64,000 nt of DNA from Candidatus Methanomethylophilaceae archaeon. GTDB taxonomy: Archaea > Thermoplasmatota > Thermoplasmata > Methanomassiliicoccales > Methanomethylophilaceae. The stretch lies in NCBI GenBank assembly GCA_944320495.1, contig CALUHR010000013.1, positions 160,001-224,000 on the forward strand, in the 5' to 3' direction. Below are positions 62,451 through 64,000 of this stretch, one piece after another. The notes below the pieces were generated by a model. The model saw nothing but the letters and a program-made list of their open reading frames with translations, searched no databases and was not told where the DNA came from. Made by a program: the position numbers and the translations under genes. Position 1 is the stretch's first letter. Every line of letters begins with the position of its first letter.

Positions 62451-63818
62451 TCGGTGGTCCACCGGCACTCCCCGATCCACCAGGACCACGTCCCGCTCGG
62501 ACATCACCCTCTCGTCGAAGCCCGACACGGAGAACAGCCCGAGGGTCACGTCGTAGCCCTCCAGCTCCGGGATGGATGCGACCTTGCGCCTGAGGTGGTT
62601 CAGCACGTGGTTGTCGACGGGATTCCCCTTGTGGTACTTGCATTCGGCCGCGAAGGCCCTCCTCTCCGAATCGTTTATCGCGAGGACGTCCACCTCGACG
62701 ACCCTGGACCAGTACGACCCCACCCTCTCGGGCGTGAATCCGATGATCCCCGACATGGAGCGGGTCTGCTCCCTGCAGATGTCCTCGAAGACGAAGGCCG
62801 CATGGTCCTCCACGAAATGGGCGTCGAACCGGGACATCGCCCACTCGGTGTGCCCCAGCTCCAGCTCCGACATGTACGGGCGGACGAAGCGGAACCAGAA
62901 GGCCGTGTAGTTGTCGGCCACCGAGTACAGACCGCTCCTGCTCCTCTCCGGATTCCTCTCCGTGGCGGGGACCGTCCTCCTCAGGACGCGGATGTCGATC
63001 AGCCTCGAAAGATACGACGTCAGCGTCGTGGCGGGGACCTGGATCGCGGACGCGATGTCGGAGATCCTCCTACTGCCGCCGGCGACGGCCGCCACCACGG
63101 ACATGTACGTGGCGACGTTCTTCACCTCCTCGCCCAGGAGGACCTTCGGATCGTCGAACATCATCGCCAAACGATCCATGACGTTGTCCAGGACGTTCTC
63201 CCTCAGTGAGCGCCCGTCGAAGAGCTCCATATATCTCGGCACACCTCCGAGGACGGCGTATCTCTCCACCGCTTCGGTGAACTCTCCTCCAGTGCTCGCA
63301 TACACGGTGGCGAACGGCAGAGGGTTCACCACGATGTGCCTCGAGAACCTCCCGTAGAGGGGGCTGTCCCTGTCCTTGTCGAGGCTTTCCATCACGGTCA
63401 TGTGCGACCCGCACAGGATCACTGTGGTCGAGCTCTTGGAGAGCACCTCGTCCCAGACCTCCTGGAACATCGAGAGGAATCCCCCCTCTGTGCCGATCAT
63501 GTTCGGGAACTCGTCGATGACCAGGATCTTCCTCCCGTCCGAGGATTCGGCGAACGCCCTGAACGCATCCCTCCAGCGCACGAACTCCCCGTACGTCCTG
63601 CCAGTATGCCTCGAGAGCGCGGCGGAGAAGTCCCTCAGCATCATCGGACCGTTCATCTCCTGGGCGAAGTAGTACATCGCGCCCCTTCCGTCGATGAACT
63701 CCTTGATGAGCCTCGTCTTTCCAACGCGGCGACGTCCGGTCACCAGTATCAGGGAGCTCTCCCTCGCGAGCTCCCCCTTTAGGAGACCCAGCTCCTTCTC
63801 CCTGCCTATGAACTCCAT
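62451..63818 (-). CDS. Archaeal AAA ATPase with wHTH and DUF234 domain
   Basis: FIGREKEL, TGRRRVGKT, IDEF, LYGR, GGVPRY, DNYTAFWFRF, EVDV..ECKY; CGA at 62451-62453; standard stop at 62427. Confidence 0.9.
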
Positions 63819-63832
63819 GATGTCTACCGTTA

Positions 63833-63863
63833 TATTATCCAGATAATTATTATTTGGATAATA
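63833..63863. promoter_or_regulatory. AT-rich near-perfect inverted repeat upstream of the ATPase
   Basis: TATTATCCAGATAAT-T-ATTATTTGGATAATA: 15-bp arms, one mismatch. Confidence 0.6.
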
Positions 63864-63924
63864 ATGTTTTGAAAAATACTATGACCGAATGAAGACCTCA
63901 CGGCCGAGATGGATTGAGGGAGGG

Positions 63925-63999
63925 TCAGTGGACCTCTCCGAAGTAGGGCTCGGCCCTCTCCAGCGCCTGCTCCCAGGTCGGGACGTTGTTCAGGGCACC
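63925..63999 (-). CDS. 3' end of an unidentified gene (partial)
   Basis: ...GALNNVPTWEQALERAEPYFGEVH-TGA; coding-like codons. Confidence 0.5.
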   Translation of the reverse strand, partial: GALNNVPTWEQALERAEPYFGEVH

Positions 64000-64000
64000 G

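Noticed and set aside
1-64000. Independent stop-loss mutations or frameshift assembly errors explaining the long C-terminal tails
   Set aside because: About 21 independent events all yielding the same codon, with no internal CGA in the genes checked, is implausible; a systematic T>C read error remains formally open and is listed as a check
1-64000. CRISPR array, IS element, integrase, rRNA, tRNA-Pyl or tRNA-Arg
   Set aside because: No regularly spaced repeats, transposase or integrase motifs, or further cloverleaf structures were recognised by eye, so the decoding machinery cannot be assessed from this window

Overview
GC-rich archaeal chromosomal window. The gene content (fused RpoB, N-terminally extended RpoA2, pantoate kinase, Trm56/HD pair, GINS with a long linker) suggests Thermoplasmatota, probably Methanomassiliicoccales; this is an inference. 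It holds about 70 genes: the RNA polymerase operon rpoH-B-A1-A2-rpl30e-nusA, two tRNA-Lys genes, proS/prs, CoA and nucleotide genes, Elp3, thioredoxin and its reductase, rpl18e-rpl13-rps9-rpoN, ilvE, a large surface-glycan region (about 33.6-58.1 kb), PriL and a DUF234-type AAA ATPase. The main finding is that the organism appears to use a non-standard genetic code in which CGA acts as a stop codon. About 21 genes carry an in-frame CGA where the protein family is expected to end. These CGAs give the usual stop/start overlaps (CGATG, ATGnnCGA) and make convergent genes abut almost to the base. No internal in-frame CGA was found in the roughly 15 ORFs checked codon by codon. In parallel, TAG is nearly unused as a terminator and once sits inside an apparent ORF (candidate pyrrolysine), and rpoB and an IspD-like gene appear to start at CTG. 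A second notable finding is a tandem pair of PGI/PMI paralogues with complementary catalytic-motif losses, suggesting an obligate heterodimer. CDS ends below use the CGA-stop interpretation where it applies, and the standard-code end is given in the evidence. All counts are by eye.
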